Notes under the pieces: generated by a model | Database searches by the model: none | What the model was told of the DNA's origin: nothing | The model's input: the letters and a program-made list of their open reading frames with translations, nothing else | Position numbers and translations under genes: made by a program | Assembly: GCF_009914755.1 (NCBI RefSeq) | Contig: NC_060947.1 | Strand: one strand, 5' to 3' | Origin: the human T2T-CHM13v2.0 reference genome, Homo sapiens | DNA length: 64,000 nt | Part shown: in pieces, positions 31,780 to 46,212 of the stretch | How the letters are laid out: the number at the start of each line of letters is the position of its first letter | How positions within the stretch are numbered: the first letter of the stretch is position 1

Positions 31780-32145
31780 TGTATCAGTCCATTTTCACAC
31801 TGCTATAAAGATATTACCCCAAGACTGGGTAATTTATAAAGAAAAGAGTTTTAATTGACTCACAGTTCCACGTGGCTGGGAAAGCCTCAGAAAACTTACA
31901 ATCATTGGAGAAGATGAAGGAGAAGCAGGCACCTCTTTACAAGGCAACAGGAGAGAGAAGCAAGTGCAGGAGAAACTGCCACTTATAAACCATCAGATCT
32001 TGTGAGAACTCCCTCAATGTCACGAGAACAGTGTGAGAGAAACCACCCCCATGATCCAATCACCTCCCACCATGTCTCTCCCTGACACATGAGGATTACA
32101 ATTCGGGACGAGATTTGGGTAGGGACAAAGAGCTGAACCATATCA
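31780..32145 (-). mobile_element. MSTA/THE1D-like solo LTR
   Basis: tgtatcagtccattttcacactgctataaag…agctgaaccatatca; TSD cttag/cctag. Confidence 0.92.
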
Positions 32146-33173
32146 CCTAGGTATCATTTTGTTTTCCTCAAAGACTCCTATGGTATACAGGATTATGTTA
32201 AGATTCTGTAAATGAACCCGGAGAATCCAGTAGGCCTCACTGAAACTCTCCTGGTGCACAAATATGAGATGACATGTTACGGTAGCTCATAGAATTGGTA
32301 GCCCAAAGAGTGGCTATTTCCTCTTTGATTGACTCATGAAAATGAAAGGACTTCCTCAGACCCAAAGAATCCCTTGGAGGGGTGAGGAATTCCCAAGGAA
32401 GCCCTTCCTCGGTAAGCACATCAATATCACAAACATTTATTGGATGCTGCTGTAGTTGTTTGATTAATAGAAAGGCCAGTCCCGCCTAGAATTGGGTGGG
32501 TAAATGCTAGAATGACAGGAATAAGACAGGAAAAGTTATCAGGGGTCAGTTTATAGAGGGTTCTGGGGGTTGTAGAAGTAGCTTGAATTTTATTATAAAT
32601 TGAATAAGAATCCATTATAGAAATATAACACACATAGTCTTAATCCATATCTCCACTGAATATTACCTAAAATATTTACCTTAAAAAATAGTGTCCAAGA
32701 AACAGAGGACTAAGTGAAGAGAGAGATGCTGAAATGAGGAAATTGCTAGGTTATGTGTGATTCAATTGGAAGATCAACATAAAAATTCATAGCAGAATAT
32801 ATCAATTTTGGTAGTATCAGGGACAAGGTGGCTAAGGAGACAAGATGATTAAGGATGAGGTTTCAATCTTAACCTTGATGAAGGGAAGTGAGATAGCAAC
32901 TGTAGTTAGACATTCTTGTCTTTCTGTTTCGCTCTGCAAATATTTAACAAAAGGAGGTGGCCTCTGGAAAGTGAGAATAATAGAGAAGGGAAGTGCTTGG
33001 GGAAATGATGAGGGGAATACATGGGAATCTGACACTTTCTTCAGTGATGATTAGGCAACAGGAGCTGGGTGCCAAGATGCTGGGGAGTTGAATGTATGTC
33101 CAAATATCAAGGTGGCAGTGCTGGAAGCATCAGTGTCAAATGCAACCATTCTGCTACGGATTTGCTTAGATTT

Positions 33174-33845
33174 TGTGTTAGGTTTCTATTGCTTCCAGAA
33201 CCTAACAAATCACCACCAACCAAGCAGCTGAAAACAACACTATTTTTTTATCTCACAGTTCTTCAGGTCAGAAGTCCAGATGGACTTGGCTGTGCTCCTT
33301 GTGTAGAGTCTTATAAATCTGAAGTCAAGGTGTCGTCTGGGCTGGGTCAGAGGGGGAGGATCTGCTTCTCTTCTCATTCAGAACTAAAATCCCTGTTTCT
33401 TCAGTGGCTTCAGCCTGGGATTATTCTCAGCTTCAAGAGGTGACCTACACTCCTTAGCTCATACCCCCTTTCCATCTTCAAAGCCAGCAAGGAAACTGAA
33501 TTTCTTTGACTTCCTCTCCGCCTTTGTTTTTATATTTTATTTATTTACTAAGAGATGGAGTCTTGCTATGTTGCCCAGGCTCGTCTCAAATTCCTGGGTT
33601 TAAGCAACCCCAATGTGCTGGGATTACAGGTGTGAAGCACTGTGCTTGCCCTGCCTTGACTTTTAAGGGCACCTGTGATTACTTTGAAACTACCTGGACC
33701 ATGCAGGATAATTTCCCTATCTTAAAGTCAAATGATTAGTAATGTTAATTACATCTGCAAATTCCCTTTTTCCACATAAGGTAATATGTTCACAGTCCCA
33801 GGGATTAAGGAATGGAAACTTCTCAGGGGTCACAATTGTGCGGAC
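33174..33845 (-). mobile_element. MLT1 (D-like) LTR with an Alu monomer inserted at ~33530-33655
   Basis: gctgaaaacaacactatttttttatctcacagttcttcaggtcagaagtcc…caggataatttccctatcttaaagtcaaatgattag…gttcacagtcccagggattaagg; gagatggagtcttgctatgttgcccaggct inside. Confidence 0.85.
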
Positions 33846-33849
33846 TCCA

Positions 33850-34058
33850 GATTTCAATCCTAGTGTTGCCCTTCCCTAGATGCATTGTTTTAGGCAAGTT
33901 TCTGCAATCCTCCTTCTCAGTGTCCTTGAATGGGAGATGAAGAAAATGATGGTAACTACCTCAAGGGGTGTTTGAAGAGCTAAGCAACTTCATACTTGTC
34001 CAGCAAATAGAATGATGTTTGGCAAGTGGTTAGAGTTCTGTAACTGTCAGCTATTATT
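33850..34058. mobile_element. MIR
   Basis: ttcaatcctagtgttgcc…taggcaagttt…atgatggtaactacctcaagggg…tcagctattatt. Confidence 0.65.
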
Positions 34059-35097
34059 TTAAAGGGAAAACATAAACGGAGCCACGATCAAAAGTTAGAG
34101 ATGACTCACTAATCAGGGAAGAACAGGGATTCAAGGTCACAGCCAGTAGTTAGACTGAGTCTAAGTGGGTAAGAAAACAGCAACAAATTCCTCCTGCAGG
34201 GGAGTTGAGTTTAGTTGATAAGCAAGGAAGCAAATATTATTTCAGACAAAGGCTACTCTTCTGCGTTCCTCCAAGGAAAAAGCAAAACCAGGTCTGATGA
34301 AGGAGGTGATGGAAATTCAGCAACTCCTGGCTGCGGGACTGCACTTAGTATGCATACTCTAGCTAGAGTGAATTGTCAGTGTGAGAAAACCACCAGATGG
34401 CCACATTCTGGAGGACTTTCCACGGAAGTAGAATGCCCAGTTATTTCTCAGTTTACAAGGGGCATCCATAGATCCCACTGATGGAGGTTTTCTGAGATCT
34501 GCTAAAGAGATCTTAGAAATGTGTTTAATGTTGTGCACCAAACCAGGCCATTAAATCACCCTGCCTGAATTTTAACTGAGATTTACCTACATTTCATAAT
34601 TTTGTCTGCTTGAATTTTCTTCTCTTCCCCTTTTCAAAATATCTGCTTCATTTTGTCATGGAAGATCTGCTTCAAGGATCTTTTAAAACTTGTCTAGATT
34701 CATTGACTGCCCTTAGGACAAAGAGAGTGAACAAATTACCTTTATTTTCCTTTGATGTAGTGTATCAACCATGCTTGTTTAAAACCAAAAAGGAAGAGAC
34801 TGTGGAAAAATGAGGTCAGCAAAGGCCACAGAGAAGCATTTCTTAAGTTTCAGAGAGGATTTAAAGTTTTCTACACTATGAAACTATTAAAAATAAAATA
34901 AGACATTTTTATAGATTTTTTTCTTTATTTCTGTGACTCCCATTAGCTGAGAAAAAGATATTGGTTCTGTGTACAGAGAATAATGGGAGATTAAACCTCT
35001 TCTTGATTCAGCTGCATGCAAAGATTGTTGAATTTTAGACTGAGAACTTTTTGAAAAAGGTAATTGGGAAAAGTTGAGCTTTAAATTGAAATTTTCT

Positions 35098-35098
35098 T

Positions 35099-35144
<46 letters not shown>

Positions 35145-35456
35145 CATCTACACACAATGTATAATGTCTCTTTTTCTCTATATGTAGAGATACATATAAT
35201 GTTAAAAATTATGCTATATATGTTATACATTGTAAAATTGTTATATAACAATGCATATATATAACATAATACTTTTCACTGTACTATAATTCATAAGTTA
35301 TATATGTAATGTGCTTAATATATATAACATATACATGTATACAGTGTTTTCTATATAATGTGTATGTATACAATACTATATATAATCTACATTTGTTATA
35401 ACATATATACATTTATAGTTATACTCACACACAGACACACACAAACACACACATAT
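35098..35456. repeat. (TATC)~11 STR followed by AT-rich low-complexity and (CA)n
   Basis: Pure TATC at 35101-35144; TA-rich stretch to ~35420; CA at 35426-35452. Confidence 0.9.
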
Positions 35457-36884
35457 CACTTGGATATACTTAGTATTATGAAAAGGAATACCTTTTCCAA
35501 CTTTTCACTATTAGCCCAAGGTCTAAATAGATAATCTTTAAAACCATTTATATACCATTTATATAAATGTGTAAACTGTCCAAGAAATGGACTATTAAAT
35601 AAATGAATTTTTCTCCATGTCACAGTGACATTCTGAGTCACCAGCAAGGAGAAGTACTGGAATCTTCCCTGAAGATAAACTAAATATTCAACCTTGTTGG
35701 TCCACATGCAGTATCTTTTTACATTTTCCACACACAATGCTTTACGTACATAGAAAAGTGTTGACTTCATTCTCCCTCCAAATGGCATCCTATCATTCAC
35801 TCTCTGATCATTTCCTCTGTGGAGTGAAAGGCCTCTGCAAACAGCCCCGTGTCACCCAGGGCAAGCTGGGGCTACCAGGCAGGGGGACAGGCAGGTCACA
35901 TGTCCTATGCACAGTCCCTCTTTTGGGGAGAAGAGGAGGGGGCACTGGTACCAGGTACATTATTGTCCAGAAAAGAGACAGCTGCTCTGTGTTATCCTGT
36001 GGACAACCCGGTTGTCTCTCTATTGTAACTTTTATAAGTAAAAAGAAATTAAGTGAATGTCTGTAAGTAGTTTCTTTAAAATTATTTCTCATCGGTAACA
36101 GTAACTATCTCCCCATTTACCTGCAAGAGAGCTGATGTGTAGCCTTGCTATCCAATGCAGGCAAACATTGTAATTCATGGTATAATGCACTAACCTAAAA
36201 GAGTTCTATTCATTCATGTTAAAATTCAATATATAGTGATCCTAAAGAGATGAGTGTAATCTCAATCCAAGAAGTATAAACCTTCATGCATCCGGCTATA
36301 AATATTAAAATCACCTTATAATGGAGACATTTAATGTGGGCCAGCGGGGGAGAGAATTAAAGTGAGAGGAAAAGATGAACAGTGATACTCTCTTTCATAT
36401 AATTATTTTCCTCTTCAGACTTAATTTGATATTATGCGCTGTTTTCCCATAATGTGCAATAGTATTATTTTTCCTTTTTTATATCGTTCTGAGCTGATGT
36501 GAAAACTCTATCATCTCTTATGTCCTTTTTTGAGCCAAGGAAGTCAAAACATTCTACCCCTGAAGTGTGGTTTCCTCCTCCTCCTTCTCCTAATTATTTT
36601 CCTCCTAGGATTTACTTTTCAGTCTTTTGTTCCCCAGTCTAAATCCATTCTCTCTGGAAACACATGTGAAGTATGATCTTTTTAGTACAGTGACTATATC
36701 CTCACCCGCTTTGTGTTTCTAGCCTCACTGGACTTTATCAAGGTAACCTCATGCATTCATAACCACCTGCTGTCGTATGTGTACCCTTTAACCTCCAGCT
36801 GTAAGATAAACTTAAGTCCCATAATTCCTGTCACAGAACACTCAAACCATAGGGAACTTATGAATTACTTGATGGGAAATGTGG

Positions 36885-37010
36885 GATGATTCATTCATTC
36901 AACATGTATTTATTGAATGCCTACTATGTGACAACATCTTTCTACGTGCAAGGTATTATACAGCAACGTATAAAGAAACAAAAACTCCTGTCCTCCCAGA
37001 GCTAATACTG
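36885..37010. mobile_element. L2 3' end
   Basis: attcattcattcaacatgtatttattgaatgcctactatgtg…aaaactcctgtcctcccagagct. Confidence 0.75.
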
Positions 37011-37114
37011 ATGCGTTTGAATCTGAGGATGACTTTACTCACAGAGTTATAGATAATGTAGATCTTAATTACAAACTACTATTTTTTTGTTGAATACTCG
37101 AATTTTTGCTGTGA

Positions 37115-37414
<300 letters not shown>

Positions 37415-38054
37415 TGTAAGCATTATTCTACCACACTTGGCTTTCATGTTTTACTTCTGCCCTTGGGAATTTGCTTGTGATTCAGAACCTGTGACTTCTT
37501 CCGCTTTCTTTTTCATCTGCCGTTTTCTTAGCCTCACATTTCCATATCTCCTAGGATTAGTAATTATCTTAAAATAAATTTTGTGTAAAAAAGAAGCACG
37601 GTTTCATTGTTTCAAAATGGGAATTGTCAGCTCCAGAAATACCTCAAATGTCCATCAAGGTCTATCACATTATGATTTATTAGTCAGGCTGGGGACGGGG
37701 GTATGCAAGGCACAGATACCTTCACGGGCCAGCTTAATCAATAAAAAACATGTGTCATCTTATACATACATGTGCCTGATGGCTCCACCAGAGCCATGTA
37801 GATTAGAGGGAAGGCCTTTTCTTAGTGGGAAGAGGATGGGGACCTAAACACCACATGGCCCTCCTTTTCCTCTCATCCCAAGTTAGTGCATAGGCAGAGT
37901 TCATAGCAGTAAGCTCTGGAGTCAGAATGCCAACATCACATACCTGTTCCAAGTATAATAACTCCACCTTCATAAGCTACTTTTTGTCCACGTGTAAGAT
38001 CTACACCCAATAGACTCTATGGCATTCTGATACCATGAGGATTAAAAGCGACAA

Positions 38055-38320
38055 TAGCTGTTGATCAAATGATACAAAATGTCAATTAGACAGGAGGAAT
38101 ATTAAGGAACATGGTAACTACTGTTAGTAATGATATTGTATACTTGAAAATTGCTAAGAGAGTAGATTTTAAATGTTCTTACCTGCAAAAAATAAGTATG
38201 TGAAGTAATGCATATGTCAATTAGGTTAATCTAGCCTTTCCACAATGTGTAGCTGTTTCAAAACATGTTGTACATCATAAATGCATACAATTTTTATTTG
38301 TCAATTTAAAAAATAATTTT
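38055..38320 (+). mobile_element. L1MA (MA7/8-like) 3' end inserted into a MIR
   Basis: tgtatacttgaaaattgctaagagagtagattttaaatgttct…caatttttatttgtcaatttaaaaaataa; acaatag on both sides. Confidence 0.85.
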
Positions 38321-38901
38321 TTTTAGAGAAAGACACAATAGATAGAAACTGAGTAGCACAGGCTCTAAAATGGAGTGCCTGTTCAGTTAATGTTAACTCT
38401 TATTAATCAATGCATCATTGATGATATGACATCCTTGAGACATAGACTAGCTATTAGGATCACTCTTATGAGGTATACATTCTTTCAGATACTCACTCCA
38501 AGTTCTGAATTGTTTATAATTACTCATGAGAAAATGGAGCCAGAGGTTACTTGTCCTGGCAAAGATGAAGACAGAGGAAGAATGTGGGCTTTCTGCTTCC
38601 CATGGCACGACCCTACTTACTAGCCCCCAAATCCGCCTCTCATGTTATGTGTGATCTTGGTTAAATGTCTCCTCCCATGCTGGTCAGTGGACTTTTTCTC
38701 TAAAAAAAAAAAACATTATTTAGTACCTTCAATCACAAAAGCTCATTTCTTTGTTTGTCTGAAATATGCTTACTTTAGATTTCAAGGTAATTTTCTATGG
38801 CCCTCACAGACCAAATCGGTGTCCACAACACTTAGCATCTTATTCTGTTTTGCAAACTGACAGATGTATGTCACCAGTAACAAGATAAAAAAGGGAGTGG
38901 A

Positions 38902-39358
<457 letters not shown>

Positions 39359-40774
39359 TCACCCTACTGCAGAATTGATAATTATTTTTATAACTTCCAG
39401 GAGGGAAGGAGGTAAATGTGGCTGCAACTGACTCAGTTGACACTCTTATCACTTAAAAATTTCCTTACAAATGATTATTAACTAGATGATCAGAGCCTAT
39501 TTTATATCATGGATTTATGGAGATTTTGAGATTTCTGCATCTTCTCTTTAAACAAAAATATGTGTATGTACTGATCCCAAAACACATTTGACCCCACGGG
39601 ATAATGACCTGTTTTCTCAAGGCTGATTAGATCTTTGGATGTTTGATCTTCCTATTTCATTTTGACTCATATTTTACAATTAATTCTTTGACCTACTGAC
39701 CTTGGGATTGGACTTCCAATTTTTTTTTCATCATTCTCTCACTTGTTCCTTTTCTCTCTTTCTCTACCTCATTTTTTCTTGGATTTTCTATTTTACCAGA
39801 CCAACTGTGCACAAAATATGAGTAATTATTATTTAGCTGCAGAAGATTGACCGTGTCTTTATCAGGAAGCCAGAGTGTTATGTTTAGGCAGATTCTGTTT
39901 CCACTAATGGGGATACAGTAAACATCACTTCATTTGCAAGTTCATACCGTCCTTCACACGTAAGGAATAACATGATTTGTCATATTGAGCTTTTTCTCAC
40001 AGTTAGAGTTCTTAGTTTTGTCAGGAAACTTTGAAATAGATAAAAAGGCACAAATTTACAATATAAGGGGAATTTCCTGTTACATTTAAGAGGAACTATA
40101 ATGACTGAAGGAAATTAATCTTTATAAAGGTGCTTTAAAACTACATCTAATTTTACATAATATGGCTACTTAGTAAGAACACCTCACCAAAAAATAGCAA
40201 AATACAGGATAAACTGAAATTATAGTAGTTTCTTAGAAGTGGGACTATTTCAATAAGAGAAACACTCTGTTAACTGTTCCTTCACAGGTAAAGATTCTAA
40301 AGTAATTTCACCTAGGCTATCAACACTTGAAAATTTACTCACCAGTGATTTTTCAACAGTCAAAATTGGCTTTTCTCAATTTATAGTGTTAGCAGAAAAG
40401 GCAATAAACCTCATCTAGCAAAGAATAGAACTAATCTACTTTGAACCAAAATTAGAGCATTATTTGCATCAACAAGTAACGGTTCAGGAGCTTGCCTGAT
40501 TCTAAATTCAGCTCTGAGCAACAGCTAAGTTGGTGCTCAAAGCCCACTGAACAGTAATAACATGTTGTATGCTATAAAATGTTTTACGCTAAGGTACACA
40601 CCAAAGCTCATGGTGGAAGAAGATTCCAACCCTATTATCATGTCTAGTGATATTAATTACTGTGCCTCTCATACCTTCTAATTGCTCACTAAAAGACATA
40701 CAAGTCATCATAGAATTGCAAATGTGTACAACCTGAATTCTTCCATTCTTCATTAGAACCTCGGGCACCAAGCT

Positions 40775-41307
40775 TTCTTTTGTTTAATTTTTAACTTTCA
40801 TTTTAAGCCCAGGAGTACATAGGAAGGTTTGTTATACGTGAACTCAAGTCATGGGGGTTTGCTGTACAGATTATTTCATCACTCAGGTATTAAGCCCAGT
40901 ACCCAATGGTTATTTTTTCTGCTCCTTTCCCTCCTCCCACCCTCCAACCTCCAGTAGACCCCAGTGTACTGTTTCCTTTTGAGTTCATGAGTTCTCATCA
41001 TTTAGCTCCCACTTATAAGTGAAACATGTGGTATTTGGTTTTCAGTTCCTGTGTTAGTTTGCTAAGGATAATAGCCTCCAGCTCCATCCATGTGCCCGCA
41101 AAAAGGCAAGATCTCGTTCTTTTTTCAAGGCTACATGGTGTATATGTACCACATTTTCTTTATCCAGTCTATCACTGATGGGCATTTAGGTTGATTCCGT
41201 GTCTTTGCTATTGTGAATAGTGCTGCAATGAATGCACATATATATGTATTTTTATGGTAGAATGAGTTACATTACTCTGGGTATATACCCAGTAATGGGA
41301 TTGCTGG
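40775..41307 (-). mobile_element. Older L1PA 3' end (PA13-15-like)
   Basis: ctgtacagattatttcatcactcaggtattaagccc…catttagctcccacttataagtg…gggtatatacccagtaatgggattgctgg. Confidence 0.9.
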
Positions 41308-41610
41308 TTCCATGTGATTTCCTGAACCTATTTCCTCATCTGTATACTTAGGGTATAGAATTAGAGACATGGTTAGCATAGTGGTGGAAGGTACAGGAGG
41401 AGGTGAGGCTTTAGACCTAGACCTTTGTTGATGTAAAAGGACCTGTGTGGCCTGGATCTGTGATGCCCCCCCACCTTAGGCTGAGAACCCTGTAGTGGAT
41501 ATCTCAAATATTGTCATCATCCCGATGACAGGCATGAAGAGCAGATGCAGAAAGTCATAGCAAAGGCCACCTCCATAGAAAGCAAAGCAGAACAAAACAC
41601 AAGCAAAAGG

Positions 41611-41919
41611 GTTAAGCACGGTGGCACACAACTGTAATCCCAGCACTTTGGGAGGCCGAGGAGGGCAGATCACTTGGAGTCAGGAATTCAAGTCCAGCCT
41701 GACCAACATGGTGAAACCACATCTATACTAAAAATACAGAAGGTCGCTGGGCACGGTGGCGCGTGCCTGTAATCTCAGCTTCTCGGAAGGCAGAGGCAGG
41801 AAAATTGCTTGAACCTGGGAGGCAGAGATTGCAGTAAGCCAAGATCACACCACTGCACTCCAGCCTGGGTGACAAAGTGAGACCCTGTCTCAAAAACAAA
41901 CAAACAAAAAACCACACAC
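41611..41919 (+). mobile_element. AluS, full length
   Basis: Alu dimer with AAAC/CA tail; TSD acacaagcaaaagg at 41597-41610 and 41920-41933. Confidence 0.93.
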
Positions 41920-44900
41920 ACACAAGCAAAAGGAGACACAGGTATACCTGCACACCCTATGGATTTAAAACTCCATGTCAAACTCCAAGTGTTTATTTCC
42001 ACCTTCAACTCTGAATTGAGGAAAAAATAACAAAATAAACACTTTTCTATAGTTAGGTGCTAGCACCAATAGACTCATTTGTTACATTTTAGGACCTTTT
42101 TGAGAGTGAATCTGATGGTAGGTGGATGGAATTGATTTAAATGTTTTAAGGGGTCCCATGTATATTCAAAAATCTAGTTTTATAATTTTTGAAATCTATA
42201 ATTTCATGCTGTGCCAATAGACAGATCACTTCTTAATCAGTGATATTATTTAACCTTTGATATTTCACATCCAACAATCTTTTTAAGCCTTAATGTTTAA
42301 AGGAGGTTTTGGAAAATATACTGTTACAAATAAAGTTGGTTGGTAACCTGGAATATTTCACTCAGTGTTCAAATGACATTTTGTGTCTTAATAAATCCTT
42401 CTATGGAAACAAATATAAGAATACAAAAGAGCATTAAACCTTTCAGAAACTGTTGCATGGAAAAAATAAAACACAGCCCCCATATTTTTCTGTTAATAAA
42501 TACGTGACATTAATATAGTAATATAACAAATAGAATATATTAAATGAGGAAAATATATATTTCACAAGGTGGTTCACATGCATTCTCAAGAAAAATTCAA
42601 AACATTTAAGCTTTTTACTTAAAGGAAAAAAGAAAAACAGAGACTTCAAAGAAAAGTGTACCCTAAATCAACCATTTACTTATTCAGGTAGAGAAGATAA
42701 TCACATATTCTTAGACTCTATGTCAAAATTCTTAAAGTCACTTGTCTCAATAAAAATAAATTTTATTCAGGTAGGTTCAATGGAAGTAGCTATTTTTGTT
42801 GACAACCTGGTGTGTTTGAGGAATGTTGCCTAAACTGTTGCTAAGCCTTACCGCCACCCTGCAAAGTGAATTGTGCAGCGCACATGATACAGATGAGAAA
42901 ATGGAAGCTCATAGGCAAAAGGCATTTGCAGGAGGTCCAGAAAGCAGCTACCTCCCCCTCAGGACCCTGACCACATCACGAGTGGGTGTCACCTGTGGCC
43001 ACATTAACCAATGCCCCATAGCGGGAGAATATGATGTTGGGACGGGAGGTTGTGAATATGCACCACAAAGATCCTTGAAAGGCTATGTAAGGACTTTCAA
43101 ATTTTGATAAACTTTGCCAATCAATGTAACCAATGCACGAATATAATTAATATCCCTTCATTATCACCCCCAAAGGATTCTGGAAACATAGTAATTCAAC
43201 TGGCATTTATTCATCCCTTTTTCTGTTCTCTTTGTGGCTATTCATTTGTTCTTCATCTGATCAACACACACATATATATTAAATACTCAGCAGGAGCTAA
43301 GTCTTATCTTTCCTCTTTCTTCATTGAGCTAAAACAAGGATGAGCTTTCAAAAAGGGAGATTTTTCTTTAAAGGCTAACAACCCATTCCCAGCTACTGTG
43401 GTGGTTTCTCACCAACTTTAGTTAATACTAGTGCCTGGGTTCTTAAAACACACAAGGCTTGGTTCAGGCTATTAGGTCAATTGGCTCCTCTTGAGTGTGA
43501 AATATAACTTTTGGTCATTTCTATATGGAACGAAATAACGTGCTGATTTCATGTGCCCCGACACTTCCATCTCATCTTGTAGTTATTTTGAAATTGTTTT
43601 CTTGGAACATTGTTTTGAGAGTTTTGAGGATTCTGAGTTCAGTCAGCAAAGGTGAACTTTGAAAGTCAAAGCATGCTACAGCAAACCGAAAAGGGTGGAT
43701 TTGGTGAGCGGTTGGAATCACGTAAGCACAAAGGTTTTCCTGGCCACATTACAGACCCTATTTGTCAGTTTTACACACCTTCTTTACCTGTAGCGGTGGA
43801 GAGATCCTGGCTTGCAAAATCATAAAGGAATTTATGGACTTTATGGAGATTTATTTAAAAATGAGGTGGGGTCGCTGCTAATTCAGAATGTATGAAGAGT
43901 GAACTTGGGTAAAAGGCAGTGCAGTTGCTGGGCTGGAAGCCAGAACTCAGAATCATTGTAATTGTAGATGAAACAATAATTATTTGTGATTGCTTGCTAA
44001 TCAGCGAAACCAAGGAAGAGACTGCTGACAAGTGCTAGCTAGGTAATTAAGGTGAAGCACTGTATTTGCATACATTTACACTTTGATCATTGTTTGCAAG
44101 ATTCTCTCTCCAAAAATAGTCTTGGCTTCTTTGAAGATACAGGCTAAATCAAAGTAGAGGGTAGGAGTAACTGCTGTACATCAATAATGCTTAAATTTCC
44201 CCCAACCCCATAGACAATTATCTAAAGACTCTCTTAATTTTAAGATCAGGCTCATCTTCTGTTTTTATAATATTATTTAATATAACTAATTAATAATTGT
44301 TTTTTGGCATCTTCAATCCATATTGAAGTTTGGAACTTTGCAAACACATTCAATGTGCCTGTCAAGATGTGTTGTTATTGTTGATACAAAAAGTCTTGTA
44401 TTCCCTGTCCACTTGCTGAATGGCCTGTTCTAACATTTATGCAGAATCTGGCATTACCACTTTAAACTAGGAGTCAAATAGTTTACATTAAGTGAACGCA
44501 ATACCAAGTAAATGTTTTATGCACGATTGAGACTCTAGTTTTACTAAACTTGACATGTGGATTTCAAATTTAGAGTAAAGCATAATCGAATAGGAACCTT
44601 GCACAGGATACCCCATGTGAAAATATTTGAATATGTGGTTCAGACTTTCTTTTTCTAGTTGTATGATCTTGCACAAGATCATACATTTGTCTATTCCTTA
44701 GTTTCCTTATTTAGAAAATTAAAGAGTTGGCCCCCAAATATCCCAGTACCATTGAGATCTCTTCCAATGCCTATAGCCAGCAATAATCATGGTAATTGTA
44801 TATATTTTGTATTGTTTATATGTGTATTATATATATTTTGTATTATATATGTGCATATTATATTTTGTATTTTCTATATGTCCATATGTATACATGTATA

Positions 44901-45049
44901 TATGTGTGTGTGTGTGTGTGTGTATGTATAAAATCATTCTAAAATTCCATTGGTTTGGTTAACAAATTATTGGCAGTTTGTAATTTCTTAAGAATCTATT
45001 TTGTTCTTGTAAACAAATATTTCATTACTAATCCTAACAGGTAATCATT

Positions 45050-46212
45050 TTTCAATAGTGGAGCTTTGCAAATGGACTTTAGAGGCCAAGTACACCAACA
45101 GACAATGGTAAGACCATATATGACAACAGAACTCTGTCCTACCACCCATTCAGCACCCAGTTCTGGGATCCAAACTACAATCTCTGCAACAGTCATCCCC
45201 AGCAATCAAGACTTCATCCATTTCTGCCAGCTTTCCTATATTTTTCCCCTCTTCCAACTCAGAACCAACCAGGGAAAGTGAAATATGCTCCCCAAACCAA
45301 TGACGTGAGATGCCCCACTTTCGGACAGCTCACCTGAGGTTCCCCCATGCCAGCAAACTCCAAATGCGGCACATCCACAGCCTTCTCCTTTTGTTAGCGG
45401 TGGAAGAGATCCAAGTTACCTTGAGTTGCCAGCGGCGAATCCGTGTGTGTCTGCAGCAACTTCAGCCCTTGCCTCCTCAGAAGAAAGAGTTTGACTGAGG
45501 AGCATAAAGCAGAAAAAGAGACCAAGCCAAGTTCTAGAGCAGGAGTGGAAGTTTATTAAAAAGGCTTTAGAACAGGCAAGAAAGGAAAGAACCCTTGGAA
45601 GAGACCCAAGTGGCCGCCTGTAGGTCAAAGAGAAAAGAGGAGAAACTTTAGTCTTGTACCTGGACTTTATAGGGTACTCTCTTTCCCATGATTCTCCCCT
45701 TAGGGTGGGCCTTCCACCTGCAGTGTCCTCCTTACCCTTGGGAGATGAGCATGCGCAGTGTGTTTAGGGAATTGTATGCATGCCCATCTGAGGATTTCTT
45801 CCTTCTTCCAGTGGAGTATACCTGGAAGGTCATACGTCACCATTTTTGTCTCTTAATGCGCATGCCCAGGAAGTTGCTTCATCCTGGGGCCTGCCTTTAG
45901 TTAACACTTTAATGTTAAGAGGTGTGGACCAGCAGCAACTAGCCTCTTCCTAGTGCTGGCAATTTATCCCTTTTAGAGAGGCAATGCCATAATTGCTGAA
46001 CCATCACCTGATATTTCCAGTGGGGGTGGCGGGGAGAGTCAGCTCATGCCTGACTACCTGTAACACTTTAAAGTATTCTCACTCCCCACTGGCCTTTGAG
46101 TCTCTGCCAAATGCAAGCGATAGTGCCGGACTCCCTTGCTAGAGCAAGCTCTGACTAAAAAGTCTCTGCTCTCATTTTGGAAAGAAGGGGGAAGTCTTTA
46201 TTTAGTTCCACA
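45050..46212 (+). mobile_element. ERV1-class solo LTR (same family as 1870-2306) split by MER50
   Basis: cttccaactcagaaccaaccagggaaagtgaaatatgctccccaaaccaat … resumes at ctttaaagtattctcactcccc…gactcccttgctagagcaagctctg…ttccaca. Confidence 0.75.
45392..46065 (-). mobile_element. MER50-family ERV1 solo LTR
   Basis: TGTTA…TAACA termini; perfect 4-bp TSD cttt (45388-45391, 46066-46069); minus strand starts tgttacaggtagtcaggcatgagc; AATAAA on the minus strand near 45553. Confidence 0.85.

Noticed and set aside
36336-36356. Possible CTCF sites here (ggccagcgggggagag) and at 51062-51082
   Set aside because: Several mismatches or a gap against the CTCF core consensus; not supportable without ChIP data.
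41280-41307. L1 at 40775-41307 ends at the same gggattgctgg word as the inverted piece at 20238-20275
   Set aside because: Only a short shared boundary in old, diverged copies; endpoints are too uncertain to claim a hotspot.
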